A stretch of DNA of 64,000 nt from positions 12,778 through 76,777 of the forward strand of contig JACQZZ010000040.1 of NCBI GenBank assembly GCA_016213625.1, in the 5' to 3' direction. The number at the start of each line of letters is the position of its first letter. Positions within the stretch are counted from its first letter, which is position 1. Below the pieces are notes generated by a model that had not been told where the DNA came from, searched no databases, and worked only from the letters and a program-made list of their open reading frames with translations. The stretch is from Actinomycetota bacterium. Lineage in GTDB: Bacteria; Actinomycetota; Acidimicrobiia; Acidimicrobiales; Ilumatobacteraceae. Positions 46,436 through 55,330 of this stretch are shown here, piece by piece. The translations under genes were made by a program, and so were the position numbers.

Positions 46436-46891
46436 TCACGTCGTCCGCTCAAAGACCTCGAGGCCAAACGGTCTCTCCCCGACCAACAGCAGTTTCACCG
46501 TCCCCGCTTGCTCGCTCACCATGACCCGCTTGAACCCGAACGCCTCCTTGCCAGGTGGCGTATCCGTGTACCGCCAAACCACAACGCCGAAGTGCTCGTT
46601 CTCCATCGAGATTTCGCCGACCCAGGCACGCGCTCCGTGGCTTACGTGAAGGCGGAGAAGATTCCGCTTGGTGTACTCAACCTTTCCCGTGCTCTGCGGC
46701 TGTGGTTTCCGCACCAACTCGGCTGCTTGGTCGTCCACGAACCCCCAGCCTGAGTACTCATCGCCAACCATTCGCTTGTAGCGGTGTCGAAGGGCGCGCC
46801 GGTTGAGGAACCAACTTGCCACGGCCGCGGCCACAGCAACGACTAGTGACGCCAAGCACCCGAGAAGGAAGTTGCCCACGGCGTGAAACAC
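46436..46891 (-). CDS. single-pass membrane protein, unknown function
   Basis: N-terminal TM (FLLGCLASLVVAVAAAVASWF) and a soluble domain of about 110 aa. AAGGAG upstream; start is GTG 46891 or 46879. Confidence 0.55.
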   Translation of the reverse strand: MFHAVGNFLLGCLASLVVAVAAAVASWFLNRRALRHRYKRMVGDEYSGWGFVDDQAAELVRKPQPQSTGKVEYTKRNLLRLHVSHGARAWVGEISMENEHFGVVVWRYTDTPPGKEAFGFKRVMVSEQAGTVKLLLVGERPFGLEVFERTT

Positions 46892-46947
46892 TCCTTTCAG
46901 AGGTCACGAAGTGCCGTGTCCCCAAATCGCCAGTTTACGGGGGGCGC

Positions 46948-48181
46948 TCACGTCGGGGCGCGGTGCGCCGCCCTCGGATCGAGCATCGAGGCCGCCATCG
47001 CCGCAGTCGCCTTCGGCCGCTCGCCCAACGATCGCACGTAGCCGGCTGTTGTCGCCTCGCCCTTGTGGCCGCCGTACCTTGCGATGTCGCTGATGTCGAG
47101 GCCGGCTTCCGCGTAGAGCACGGTGACGGCTGTCCGTCGGCCGGTGTGGGTTGCAATGCCCTGCGGGTCGAGGCCCGCTCGCGTTGCCGCACGAGTCACC
47201 GCCTTCGCTGCCGCCTGGCGGTTGACCAAGCCACCGCGCTCGTTGGTGAACACCAGCGAGACCGTGCGTCCTTCGTAGGTGTGCGTGGGCCACGCCTCGC
47301 GACAGGCCAGTCGCTCTGCCGCTTGTGCTTTGCGGCGAGCGCGGAGCAGTTCAACCACTCCTGCCGACAGGTGGTGGGTGCCGGACGCGCCGGCGTTCTT
47401 GGTCGGGCCGAGCACCATGCCGACCTTGTGGACGTAGATCGCGGCGCGCCGCACCACAGCAACCCCGGCCTCGAGGTCGAGATCCTCCCAACCGAGCCCG
47501 AGCGCTTCGGAGACTCGCCAGCCCTGCACGAACAGCAGCGCGACGACTGCGCCGAGTCGATCGTCCGCGGCCGCCCCGACCAGATGGCGCGCGTCGTCGG
47601 ACGCGAGCGCTCGTCGAGCACCACGGACCACCTTCGGCGCCGCCACGCGATCGACCGGGTTGGAGGCGATCAGTTCGTGGATCACGGCCTGCTCGAGCAC
47701 CTGGTGCAGCGTCACCCGCACGTCCGCGACCGTCCACTGACGCGAGCCCGGACTTCAGCAGGTCGGACTGCCAACGGGCGATGCGCTCCGGCTTCAGCGA
47801 TCGCGCCGGCAGCTGGCCGATCGTGTTGGTGATCCGCTCGACGCGCTGGCTGTAGGTGCCCAGCGTCGAGGCCCGCACGCGGTGTCGAGCAACCACGTCG
47901 AGCCACCAGTCCGCCAGCTCGGGCACCGTGGCATCGCGGTGGAACGTCGACGACTGGATCTGCGACAGCTCCTCCAGCTTCATGGCCCTGCGAGTGATCG
48001 CTTCCTCGCGCGTCTTGCCACGAACGCGCTTGGGTCGGGCGATGCCGGGAGCAACGTAGGTCGCCCGCCACGAACCATCGGCGTCGAGGTACACCGAACC
48101 CTCGCCGTTCGACGCCTTGCCGTGGACGCGCACGCTGCCGTCGCGGCTGACTCTCCGCTTGCCGTTCGCCTTCCGAGCCAT
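46948..48181 (-). pseudogene. tyrosine recombinase (phage-type integrase), frameshifted
   Basis: N-terminal arm-binding/SAM-like part in ORF 47351..48181 (GSVYLDADGSWRATY...GKTREEA). Catalytic part in ORF 46948..47721 (GWRVSEALGL, HTGRRT, TTAGYV). The frames differ by 1 nt, with the junction at 47735-47757. Confidence 0.85.
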
Positions 48182-48201
48182 GGTTCGAATGCCTCCAAGA
48201 C

Positions 48202-48265
48202 CGGGAGCAACGCCGGGAGCAACGCACCCGAAACGGGAGCAACCGGGAGCAACCCTGGGAGCGAC
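48202..48265. repeat. five direct CGGGAGCAAC repeats, candidate integrase arm-type sites
   Basis: Copies at 48202, 48214, 48234, 48244 and 48256 (the last is TGGGAGCGAC), between the integrase start and the tRNA. Confidence 0.8.
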
Positions 48266-48363
48266 ACGCTACAACGCCCGCGGACGTCTACGCAACGAAA
48301 GCCCTGCTCAGAGCACCTAAGATTGTACGTCGGTGGACTTCGGTGAACGTCGACGAACACCCT

Positions 48364-48449
48364 TGGCGGAACGGGAGGGATTTGAACCCCCGGGGCGTGA
48401 ACCCTTCCGCTTTCAAGGCGGATGCAATTGGCCGCTCTGCCACCGTTCC
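48364..48449 (-). tRNA. tRNA-Ser (anticodon UGA), CCA encoded
   Basis: Hand-folded. Acceptor GGAACGG/CCGTTCC, 3-bp D stem, anticodon stem TCCGC/GCGGA with loop CTTGAAA, long variable arm, T-arm GGGGG-TTCAAAT-CCCTC, then G-CCA. Confidence 0.85.
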
Positions 48450-48466
48450 GGCAGCGAATCTACCGG

Positions 48467-49408
48467 TCAGCGGATGTCGGTGCGAAGGTGCTGGATCCAC
48501 TCGTCGGCTTCGCGCCAGCGCACGTCGGCGTGCTCGCGGGCCGAAGAGGCGTGCTCGCCTGCCGCTGGATACGAACCCAGGAACTTCACGTTGCCCTGCT
48601 TCACGCGCAGCGCGCGCATCGCGTCGGCCACCAGTTCGTCGGCCACGTGGCCGTCGGCGTAGACGACGAAGCAGTAGTCACCCAACCCGCCGTCCTTGGT
48701 GGGCCGCGACAACAGGTTCGACAGGTTGATGCGCCGCGCCGCGAACTCCTGCAGGATGCTGATGAGGCTGCCCGGTTCGTCGGCGCGCTGGTAGATGACG
48801 AGCGCGGTGCGATCGTGCCCGGTGGGGGCGGGGATGCCCTCCTTCGCCACCACCACGAACCGGGTCTGGTTCCCCGGGTGATCGGCGATGTCGGGGGCGA
48901 TGACCTCCAGGCCGTACAGCTCGGCGGCGGCACGGGGCGCCACGGCGGCCGAGACGCGGCCCAGCTCCTCGGCCACCATGCGCGCCGCCTCGGCCGTGGA
49001 GTTGGCGGCGCGCAGCTCGGCCTGGCCGACGTGGTTGCGGAGGTAGGCGTGGCACTGAGCGCTCGCCACGGGGATGCTGAGCACCACCTTGATCTCGTCG
49101 ATGGTGACGCCGGGCTGCGCCATCAGGCAGTGCTCGATGTCGAGCACCACTTCGCGCTGGATGAGCAGGTCGTGGTTGAACGCCAGTTCGTCCTGGCTGA
49201 GGTTCACCGTGCCCTCGATGGAGTTCTCGATGGCCACGAACCCGAGTTCGACCTCGCCGTTCTCCACTGCGTCGAGCACGTCGGGCATGGTGCGGTACAG
49301 CACGTGCTCGGCGTGGGCCAGGTCGGGCTGGGTCATCAGCGCCTGCTCGGTGAACGTGCCCCGCGGCCCCAAGAATCCGACTCGGGTGTGGGGCGTGGCG
49401 GCGGTCAT
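48467..49408 (-). CDS. pheA: prephenate dehydratase
   Basis: ATG 49408 within ORF 48467..49630. VGFLGPRGTFTE, NQTRFVVV, and an ACT domain with LLSRPTK. Confidence 0.9.
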   Translation of the reverse strand: MTAATPHTRVGFLGPRGTFTEQALMTQPDLAHAEHVLYRTMPDVLDAVENGEVELGFVAIENSIEGTVNLSQDELAFNHDLLIQREVVLDIEHCLMAQPGVTIDEIKVVLSIPVASAQCHAYLRNHVGQAELRAANSTAEAARMVAEELGRVSAAVAPRAAAELYGLEVIAPDIADHPGNQTRFVVVAKEGIPAPTGHDRTALVIYQRADEPGSLISILQEFAARRINLSNLLSRPTKDGGLGDYCFVVYADGHVADELVADAMRALRVKQGNVKFLGSYPAAGEHASSAREHADVRWREADEWIQHLRTDIR

Positions 49409-49460
49409 GGCCTGCAGGCTATTGGTCAGGCTGACGGTCGTCCGCGGAATTCCCGGCACA

Positions 49461-50207
49461 ATGGTCGGAATGGACGAGCGGGAACTCACGGAACTCGTGA
49501 ACGGGGTGCGCGACGGCACGGTTGCACCCGACGATGCCGTCGACCTGCTGCGTCGCCTGCCGTTCACCGAGGTGGGTGACACGTTGGTGGACCACCACCG
49601 CGCCCTCCGCCAGGGCATGCCCGAGGCCATCTACGGCTCGGGCAAGTCCGCCGAGCAGTGCATCGAGATCGTGACCGAACTGCTCGCCCACGGCACCGGC
49701 CCCGTGCTGCTCACCCGCATCTCCGCCGACACCGAGGCCGCCGTGCTGGCAGTGCACCCCGGCGGCGAGGCGAAGGCCGGATGCGTGCTGTGGCGTCGGC
49801 CGCACCCGTTCCGTTCGGCCCGCGTGCTCGTGGTGAGCGCGGGTACCTCCGACGTACCGGTGGTCGACGAGTGCGTCGTCACCCTGCACGCGTACGGCTT
49901 CAGTCCCGACCGCCTCACCGACGTGGGCGTGGCCGGACTCCACCGATTGCTCGCCAACCTCGAGCGCATCACCGCGGCCGACGCCATCGTGGTGGTGGCC
50001 GGCATGGAGGGTGCGCTTGCCAGTGTCATCGGCGGGCTCACCTCGGTGCCGGTGGTCGCGGTGCCCACCAGCGTCGGCCATGGGTCGGGACTCGACGGCA
50101 TCACGGCGCTGTTGGCCATGCACGCCTCGTGCGCGAGTGGCATCACGGTCGTCGGCATCGACAACGGTTTCGGCGCAGGATGCGCGATCGCGAGGATGTG
50201 TCCATGA
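49461..50207 (+). CDS. larB: nickel-pincer cofactor biosynthesis protein LarB (PurE-like carboxylase/hydrolase)
   Basis: ATG 49461 within ORF 49074..50207. VLVVSAGTSDVPVVDE and VVAGMEGALASVIGG patterns. Confidence 0.75.
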   Translation: MVGMDERELTELVNGVRDGTVAPDDAVDLLRRLPFTEVGDTLVDHHRALRQGMPEAIYGSGKSAEQCIEIVTELLAHGTGPVLLTRISADTEAAVLAVHPGGEAKAGCVLWRRPHPFRSARVLVVSAGTSDVPVVDECVVTLHAYGFSPDRLTDVGVAGLHRLLANLERITAADAIVVVAGMEGALASVIGGLTSVPVVAVPTSVGHGSGLDGITALLAMHASCASGITVVGIDNGFGAGCAIARMCP

Positions 50208-51451
50208 CCCGCACCGCCTGGTTCCACTGTTTCGCCGGCACCGCGGGCGACATGACGATGGCGTCGCTGGTGCACGCCGGCGCCGACCCGATGGCCATCG
50301 CCGAGATCGTCGGCGGCCTTCCGCTCGACGGGTACGCGCTCGGGTTCGAACCCGTGCTGCGCTGCGGCATCGCTGCCACGCAGGCGCACGTGGCCGTGTT
50401 GGGTGAACACGAGCACTCGCTGCTCGACGACGGTCACGAGCACGACGGTCACGAGCACGGCGATCGCGGTCATGCCGACCACCGGCCGTACCGGGTGATC
50501 CGCGATCTGCTCGACGCTGCCGACCTGCCCCACCGCGTGCGCGACCGTGCCCAGCGCACCTTCCGTTTGCTGGCCGAGGTGGAAGGCGCGATGCACCGCG
50601 TGGAGCCCGACGACGTGGAGTTCCACGAGGTCGGTGCGGTTGACGCCATCGTCGACATCGTGGGCACCTGCGCGGCGCTCGAGGTGTTGGGCATCGACCG
50701 CATCGTGTGCAGCCCCATCACCGTCGGTCAGGGCACGGTGCACGCCGCGCACGGCGACCTGCCGAACCCTGCGCCCGCGGTCGTGGAACTACTCGCCCGC
50801 CGTGGCGCGCCCAGCCGGGGCATCGCCGATCACAAGGAGCTGGCCACCCCCACCGGGGTGGCGCTGATGACCGCGCTGGCCGACGAGTTCGGCCCGATGC
50901 CCGCCTTCACCGTGCGCTCGGTGGGCTACGGCGCCGGCACCGCCGACATTCCCGGTCGCCCCAACGTCGTGCAGGTCGTGGTGGGCGACGAGGCCGACGC
51001 CTCACTCACACCCGAACCCGGTCAGCCCGTGCAGTTGTTCGAGGTCAACGTCGACGATGCCACGGGCGAAGTCGTCGCTCACACCATCGCCGCGCTGCTC
51101 ACCGCCGGGGCGCACGACGCGTGGGCCACGCCCATCGTGATGAAGAAGGGTCGCCCCGCGCACACGGTGCACGCGTTGTGCGATCCGGCACGCGCCGCGG
51201 AAGTGAGCGCGGTGCTCGTGCGCGAGACGGGCTCACTGGGTCTGCGCGGCACGCTGCTGCAGCGCTGGCCGCAGCAACGCACCGAACTGACCGTGCACGT
51301 GCAGGGGCATTCGGTGGGCGTGAAGATGGCCGACGGTCGGGCGAAGGTGGAACACGACGATGCGGCTCGTGCCGCGGCAGCGTTGGGCTGGCCGTTGCGC
51401 GAGGTGTTGCGGCAGGCCGCCGAAGCGGCCCACCGACACGGACCGGTCTGA
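50204..51451 (+). CDS. larC: nickel insertion protein LarC (DUF111 family)
   Basis: ATG 50204 overlaps the larB stop (ATGA). FHCFAGTAGDM, the His-rich stretch HEHSLLDDGHEHDGHEHGDRGHADH, and HEVGAVDAIVDIVG. Confidence 0.8.
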   Translation: MTRTAWFHCFAGTAGDMTMASLVHAGADPMAIAEIVGGLPLDGYALGFEPVLRCGIAATQAHVAVLGEHEHSLLDDGHEHDGHEHGDRGHADHRPYRVIRDLLDAADLPHRVRDRAQRTFRLLAEVEGAMHRVEPDDVEFHEVGAVDAIVDIVGTCAALEVLGIDRIVCSPITVGQGTVHAAHGDLPNPAPAVVELLARRGAPSRGIADHKELATPTGVALMTALADEFGPMPAFTVRSVGYGAGTADIPGRPNVVQVVVGDEADASLTPEPGQPVQLFEVNVDDATGEVVAHTIAALLTAGAHDAWATPIVMKKGRPAHTVHALCDPARAAEVSAVLVRETGSLGLRGTLLQRWPQQRTELTVHVQGHSVGVKMADGRAKVEHDDAARAAAALGWPLREVLRQAAEAAHRHGPV

Positions 51452-51464
51452 CCGGCCCGCTGCG

Positions 51465-52199
51465 TCAGGAGGCGAGTGCCGCCTCGACGATGGACTCGAG
51501 CTCGGCCACTTCCACTTCGCCGGAGACCCGGGTCTTCACCTTGCCATCGGCGCCGACGATGACGAAGTACGGCCACCCGGAGGCGCCGTAGGCCTGGGCG
51601 GCGACACCGGCAGTGCCGTCGCCCGTGCTCTCGTCGACCATGACCGGCCACGCCCAGCCCCTGTTGCTGAACCACTCAGCAGGGGGGAAGTTGGGGCTGT
51701 TCTCGGACACGGCCGTGGCCACGCCGATGACATCGAGGTCGGCCGGGATGGCGCCGCTGTTCTTCCAGGCGAGGAGTCGCGGCACCTCGGCGTTGCAGTG
51801 CGGGCACCAGTGCGCCAGGAACACCAACATGTAGGCGCCGTTGGTCTCGGCATCGGCCACGACGGGTTGGTCGTTGAAGTTGAGGCCTTCGAGCTTCGGC
51901 GCGGTCATGCCGATCGCGGTATCGCTGCCGCCACCGGAGGTGAAGGCCGGCAGGGGATCACCGGTCACGGTGACGGGCTGCGACGTGGGCAGGCCGCTGC
52001 CGGGGGTCTCGGCCGCGGTGGTGTCGGACGAGGCGGCGGTGTCGTCGCTGCCGCTGGTGGCCCAGATGATGCCACCCACGCCCAACAACACGACCAGGCC
52101 GACCGCGACCCACAAGAAGGTCCTGCTGCTGCCGCCCTCGCCGCGCGCGGCCTTCTCGGCAGCCTTGCGACGAGCTTCAGCCCTCTGACGGTTCGCCAT
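51465..52199 (-). CDS. membrane-anchored TlpA/ResA-like thiol-disulfide oxidoreductase
   Basis: ATG 52199. TM anchor, then a thioredoxin fold with WCPHC. Confidence 0.8.
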   Translation of the reverse strand: MANRQRAEARRKAAEKAARGEGGSSRTFLWVAVGLVVLLGVGGIIWATSGSDDTAASSDTTAAETPGSGLPTSQPVTVTGDPLPAFTSGGGSDTAIGMTAPKLEGLNFNDQPVVADAETNGAYMLVFLAHWCPHCNAEVPRLLAWKNSGAIPADLDVIGVATAVSENSPNFPPAEWFSNRGWAWPVMVDESTGDGTAGVAAQAYGASGWPYFVIVGADGKVKTRVSGEVEVAELESIVEAALAS

Positions 52200-52770
52200 C
52201 TTGTTCGTCCTCCAGTGATTCGGGGGTGAGCAACAGCGCCAGGATGGCGGCAAAACCGCAGAATGCCATCACGGCGAGAGTGATTGCCGGGAAACCCGTC
52301 GGCTGCAACGTGATCTCATCACGGCCACCGAACGAGATGAGATTGGGCACGGCGCACGGGGTGGTGGCGAGACATTCCTTCGATTCGCCGATGACGCCGC
52401 GCTCGATGAGGATGTGGTAGCCGGAGAGGAGCAGACCGATCGAGGCGAGCGCGGTGCCGTACCACTTGACCGCACGGTCGCGCCGGATCAACGCGACGAC
52501 CATGATGACCGCGATCGGGAACATCATCGTTCGCTGGTACCAACAGAATCGGCAGGGAATCCAGCCGAAGTGCTCACTGAAGGTGATGCTGCCCAGCGTG
52601 GACGAAACGGCCACCAATGCCGTGAGCGCCAGTTGCCAGCGATACAGCAGGTCGAGGAATCGAACCGAGGTCACCGACGGGATGAGGCGGGCCAGCACCA
52701 TCAGCACGACGCCCACTGCGGCGATGATGGACAGCACGGCTGCGATGTCGTGCATCGTCTGAGCGGACAT
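52177..52770 (-). CDS. DsbB/BdbC-like disulfide bond formation protein
   Basis: ATG 52770 within ORF 52177..53076. 4 TM, CRFCWYQR (CxxC) and a second Cys pair (ECLATTPC). Confidence 0.7.
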   Translation of the reverse strand: MSAQTMHDIAAVLSIIAAVGVVLMVLARLIPSVTSVRFLDLLYRWQLALTALVAVSSTLGSITFSEHFGWIPCRFCWYQRTMMFPIAVIMVVALIRRDRAVKWYGTALASIGLLLSGYHILIERGVIGESKECLATTPCAVPNLISFGGRDEITLQPTGFPAITLAVMAFCGFAAILALLLTPESLEDEQDGEPSEG

Positions 52771-52811
52771 TCCCCCATTCTGACGCGAAATCCCAGAAAT
52801 GTGCTGGCAGG

Positions 52812-53666
52812 ATGCACGACGTGATCGCTCCGGTCGTCGATGCGTCGTTCCTGGCCGCCCACCCGGAGGCCGTGGTGGCCGATGTTCGCTGGTACCTCGA
52901 TGGTCGCGACGGTCGAGCGGCATTCGAGGCGAGCCACCTCCCGGGCGCAGTGTGGGTGGATCTCGAGACGGCTCTCGCCGCGCACGACCTGCCCGCCACC
53001 GAGGGTCGCCATCCCTTCCCCACGCCCAAGGCGTTCGCTGCCGCGATGGGCGCGCTCGGCATCGGCGACGACACATTGGTGGTGGCGTACGACGACGGTG
53101 GCGGCATGACCTCCGGTCGATTGGTGGCCATGTTGCGCATGCTCGGGCGCGACGCCGCCGTGCTCGACGGCGGACTACTCGCGTGGACCGCGGAGGGTCG
53201 ACCGGTCGAGACCGGTCCGGCCCGCACGCCTACCCCGGCGATGTTCACCGCGGCGCCGTGGCCCTCCGATCGATTCGCCTCGGCCGACGAGGCGCTCGCT
53301 CACGCAGCGCACGGCGGCGCCGTCATCGATGCCCGCGCCGCCGAACGGTTCACCGGCGAGGTCGCCCTCATCGACCCGCGCCCGGGTCACATTCCGGGTG
53401 CCCGCAATGCACCGTGGGCCAGCGTGCTCGGCGCTGATGGCAGGTTCCGTTCTCCCGACGAACTGCGCACGCACTTCGAGTCGCTGGGCGCCACCGGCGG
53501 CAGCACCATCGCCTACTGCGGCTCCGGCGTCAGCGCGTGCATGAACCTGCTGGCCATGGAGCGGGCCGGGCTCACGCCGCCTCGGCTCTACGTCGCGAGC
53601 TGGTCGGGTTGGTCGGCCGATGCCGACCGTCCGGTCGAACTCGGTCCCGCCGAGGACTCGCGGTGA
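52812..53666 (+). CDS. rhodanese-domain sulfurtransferase (thiosulfate/3-mercaptopyruvate type)
   Basis: Two rhodanese domains. Active-site loop YCGSGVSA. Confidence 0.85.
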   Translation: MHDVIAPVVDASFLAAHPEAVVADVRWYLDGRDGRAAFEASHLPGAVWVDLETALAAHDLPATEGRHPFPTPKAFAAAMGALGIGDDTLVVAYDDGGGMTSGRLVAMLRMLGRDAAVLDGGLLAWTAEGRPVETGPARTPTPAMFTAAPWPSDRFASADEALAHAAHGGAVIDARAAERFTGEVALIDPRPGHIPGARNAPWASVLGADGRFRSPDELRTHFESLGATGGSTIAYCGSGVSACMNLLAMERAGLTPPRLYVASWSGWSADADRPVELGPAEDSR

Positions 53667-55330
53667 CCGACACGCTCGACCTCCCCGTCGAACCCGCCAG
53701 CACCGGACTCGATGCACTGCAGGCGTTGCGCCGAACGCGGCAACTGCACCGCCTGGGCAACCTCGACTGGTTCGAAGCCGCGTATCGCGCCTATCTGCTG
53801 GGCATCTTCGGCGGCGGCGGTGTGCTGTGGATCAGCAGCTCCATCAAGGACGAAGCGGTCAGCTCCGACGTCGCGGCCGACGTGCTGCGCCACGGTCCCG
53901 CCGTCCTCGGGCTGTTCGTCGCACTCGCCTTTCTGGCCGGCATTCGCGGTGGTGCGCAGGGCGGCCCGGTCGCACTCGAGGGCGCCGACGTGGCCCATGT
54001 GATGCTCGCCCCCATCGACCGCCGTCGCGCGCTCATGCGGCCGGCGGTACAACGGCTGCGCAGCGCCCTGTTCATGGGTGTCGCGTTCGGTGCCATCGTC
54101 GGCCAGTTGGCCGCGCGTCGCCTGCCCGGTTCGCTCGTGGCGTGGGCCGCTGCCGGCGCGCTGTATGGCGCCACGCTGATGGCGGTGTGGGTGGGTGCCG
54201 CGTTGCTCGCGCACACTCTGCGCGTGCCGCGGTGGCTGGCCACGCTGCTGGGGTTGGGCGCGCTGGCCTGGCAGTTCGCCGCGGTGGCGTGGCACGTGCC
54301 CGGGCCGTTCACGTCGTTCGGCAGCCTGGCCCTGTGGGGCTGGCGCCAGCAGACCACCGACCTCGTCGCCGTGGCCCTCACGCTGATCGGCGTGGTCGTG
54401 GGGTTCGTGCTCCTCGGTCGGCTCTCGCTCGATGCGCTGGCTCGGCGCAGCGCGCTCGTGGCGCAACTGCGGTTCGCCGTCACCATGCAGGACCTGCGCA
54501 CCGTCATCCTCCTGCGTCGGCAGCTCAACCAGGAGCACGCACGTCGTCGCCCGTACGTGCGGTTGCCCGTCGCCAAGAGCGGTTCCGGATTCACCGCCAC
54601 CGTCTGGCGCCGCGGGTGGCACGGGCTGCTGCGGTTCCCCGTGTCGCGTCTGCTGCGCATGGCCGCCATCGCCGGGGCCATGGGCGTGTTGCAGGCCTCG
54701 GTGGTGCGCGGCACCACGCCGGCGTTCCTGGGCACCGCCCTGCTCGGTTTCGTGCTCGGGCTGGAGGTGATGGAGCCCCTGTCGCAGGAGGTCGACCAAG
54801 CCGACCGCGCCGACGCCCTGCCGGTGGAGCGTGGCGAGCTGATGGCTCGCCATCTCGCGGCCCCCATCGTGGCCCTGCTGCCGTTCGCGCTCATCGCGGG
54901 CGTTGCGGCCGTCATCACGCTCGGCGGCAACTCCGACGCCATCGTGCCCGTCGCCGTGATCGCCATCCCCACCGTCATCGGCGCGGCGATGGGTGGTGTC
55001 GTCAGCATCGTGCGCGATGCGCCCAACCCCGCGTCGAACAGCCAGCAGGCGTTCATGCCACCCGAGATGGCGGGCTTCACCACTGCCATCAGGTTGGCCT
55101 GGCCCATCGTGGTCAGCACCATCACCACGGTCACCGTGCTGCTGCCGCGTGCGGCATGGCGCGGCGGCGAGTCGGCCACCGGCGCAGCCATTCGCAGCGC
55201 CGTCGGTGTAGCGCTGGTGATCGCCTTCATCATCTATTGGGTGAAGGTGCGCGACCGAGTGCACCAGCGCATCCGCGCGTTCATGGACGAAGGCCGGTCG
55301 TACACGGCCCAGCAAAGGAGTTCGGCATGA
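53663..55330 (+). CDS. polytopic membrane protein, ABC-associated (possibly DUF6297-like)
   Basis: GTG 53663 overlaps the sulfurtransferase stop (GTGA). At least 10 hydrophobic segments. Confidence 0.65.
   Translation: MTDTLDLPVEPASTGLDALQALRRTRQLHRLGNLDWFEAAYRAYLLGIFGGGGVLWISSSIKDEAVSSDVAADVLRHGPAVLGLFVALAFLAGIRGGAQGGPVALEGADVAHVMLAPIDRRRALMRPAVQRLRSALFMGVAFGAIVGQLAARRLPGSLVAWAAAGALYGATLMAVWVGAALLAHTLRVPRWLATLLGLGALAWQFAAVAWHVPGPFTSFGSLALWGWRQQTTDLVAVALTLIGVVVGFVLLGRLSLDALARRSALVAQLRFAVTMQDLRTVILLRRQLNQEHARRRPYVRLPVAKSGSGFTATVWRRGWHGLLRFPVSRLLRMAAIAGAMGVLQASVVRGTTPAFLGTALLGFVLGLEVMEPLSQEVDQADRADALPVERGELMARHLAAPIVALLPFALIAGVAAVITLGGNSDAIVPVAVIAIPTVIGAAMGGVVSIVRDAPNPASNSQQAFMPPEMAGFTTAIRLAWPIVVSTITTVTVLLPRAAWRGGESATGAAIRSAVGVALVIAFIIYWVKVRDRVHQRIRAFMDEGRSYTAQQRSSA

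Larger units (their letters stand above)
33410..48384. mobile_element. tRNA-Ser-integrated genomic island, probably a decayed integrative mobilizable element, about 15.0 kb
   Basis: Bounded by a 21-bp direct repeat matching the tRNA 3' end. Contains integrase, Xis-like HTH and MobF relaxase. Codon usage looks less GC3-rich than the flanks by eye. Confidence 0.8.

Noticed and set aside
49658-50203. N-terminal extension of the LarC ORF (49658..51451)
   Set aside because: It overlaps larB in another frame with an Arg-rich sequence. LarC homology starts at MTRTAWFHCFAG (ATG 50204), which overlaps the larB stop.
53620-55326. N-terminal 569 codons of the 795-aa ORF 53620..56007
   Set aside because: This part is out of frame to the well-behaved polytopic membrane protein and extremely Arg/Pro/Gly-rich. 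Only the last 226 codons, from ATG 55327, encode the ABC ATPase.
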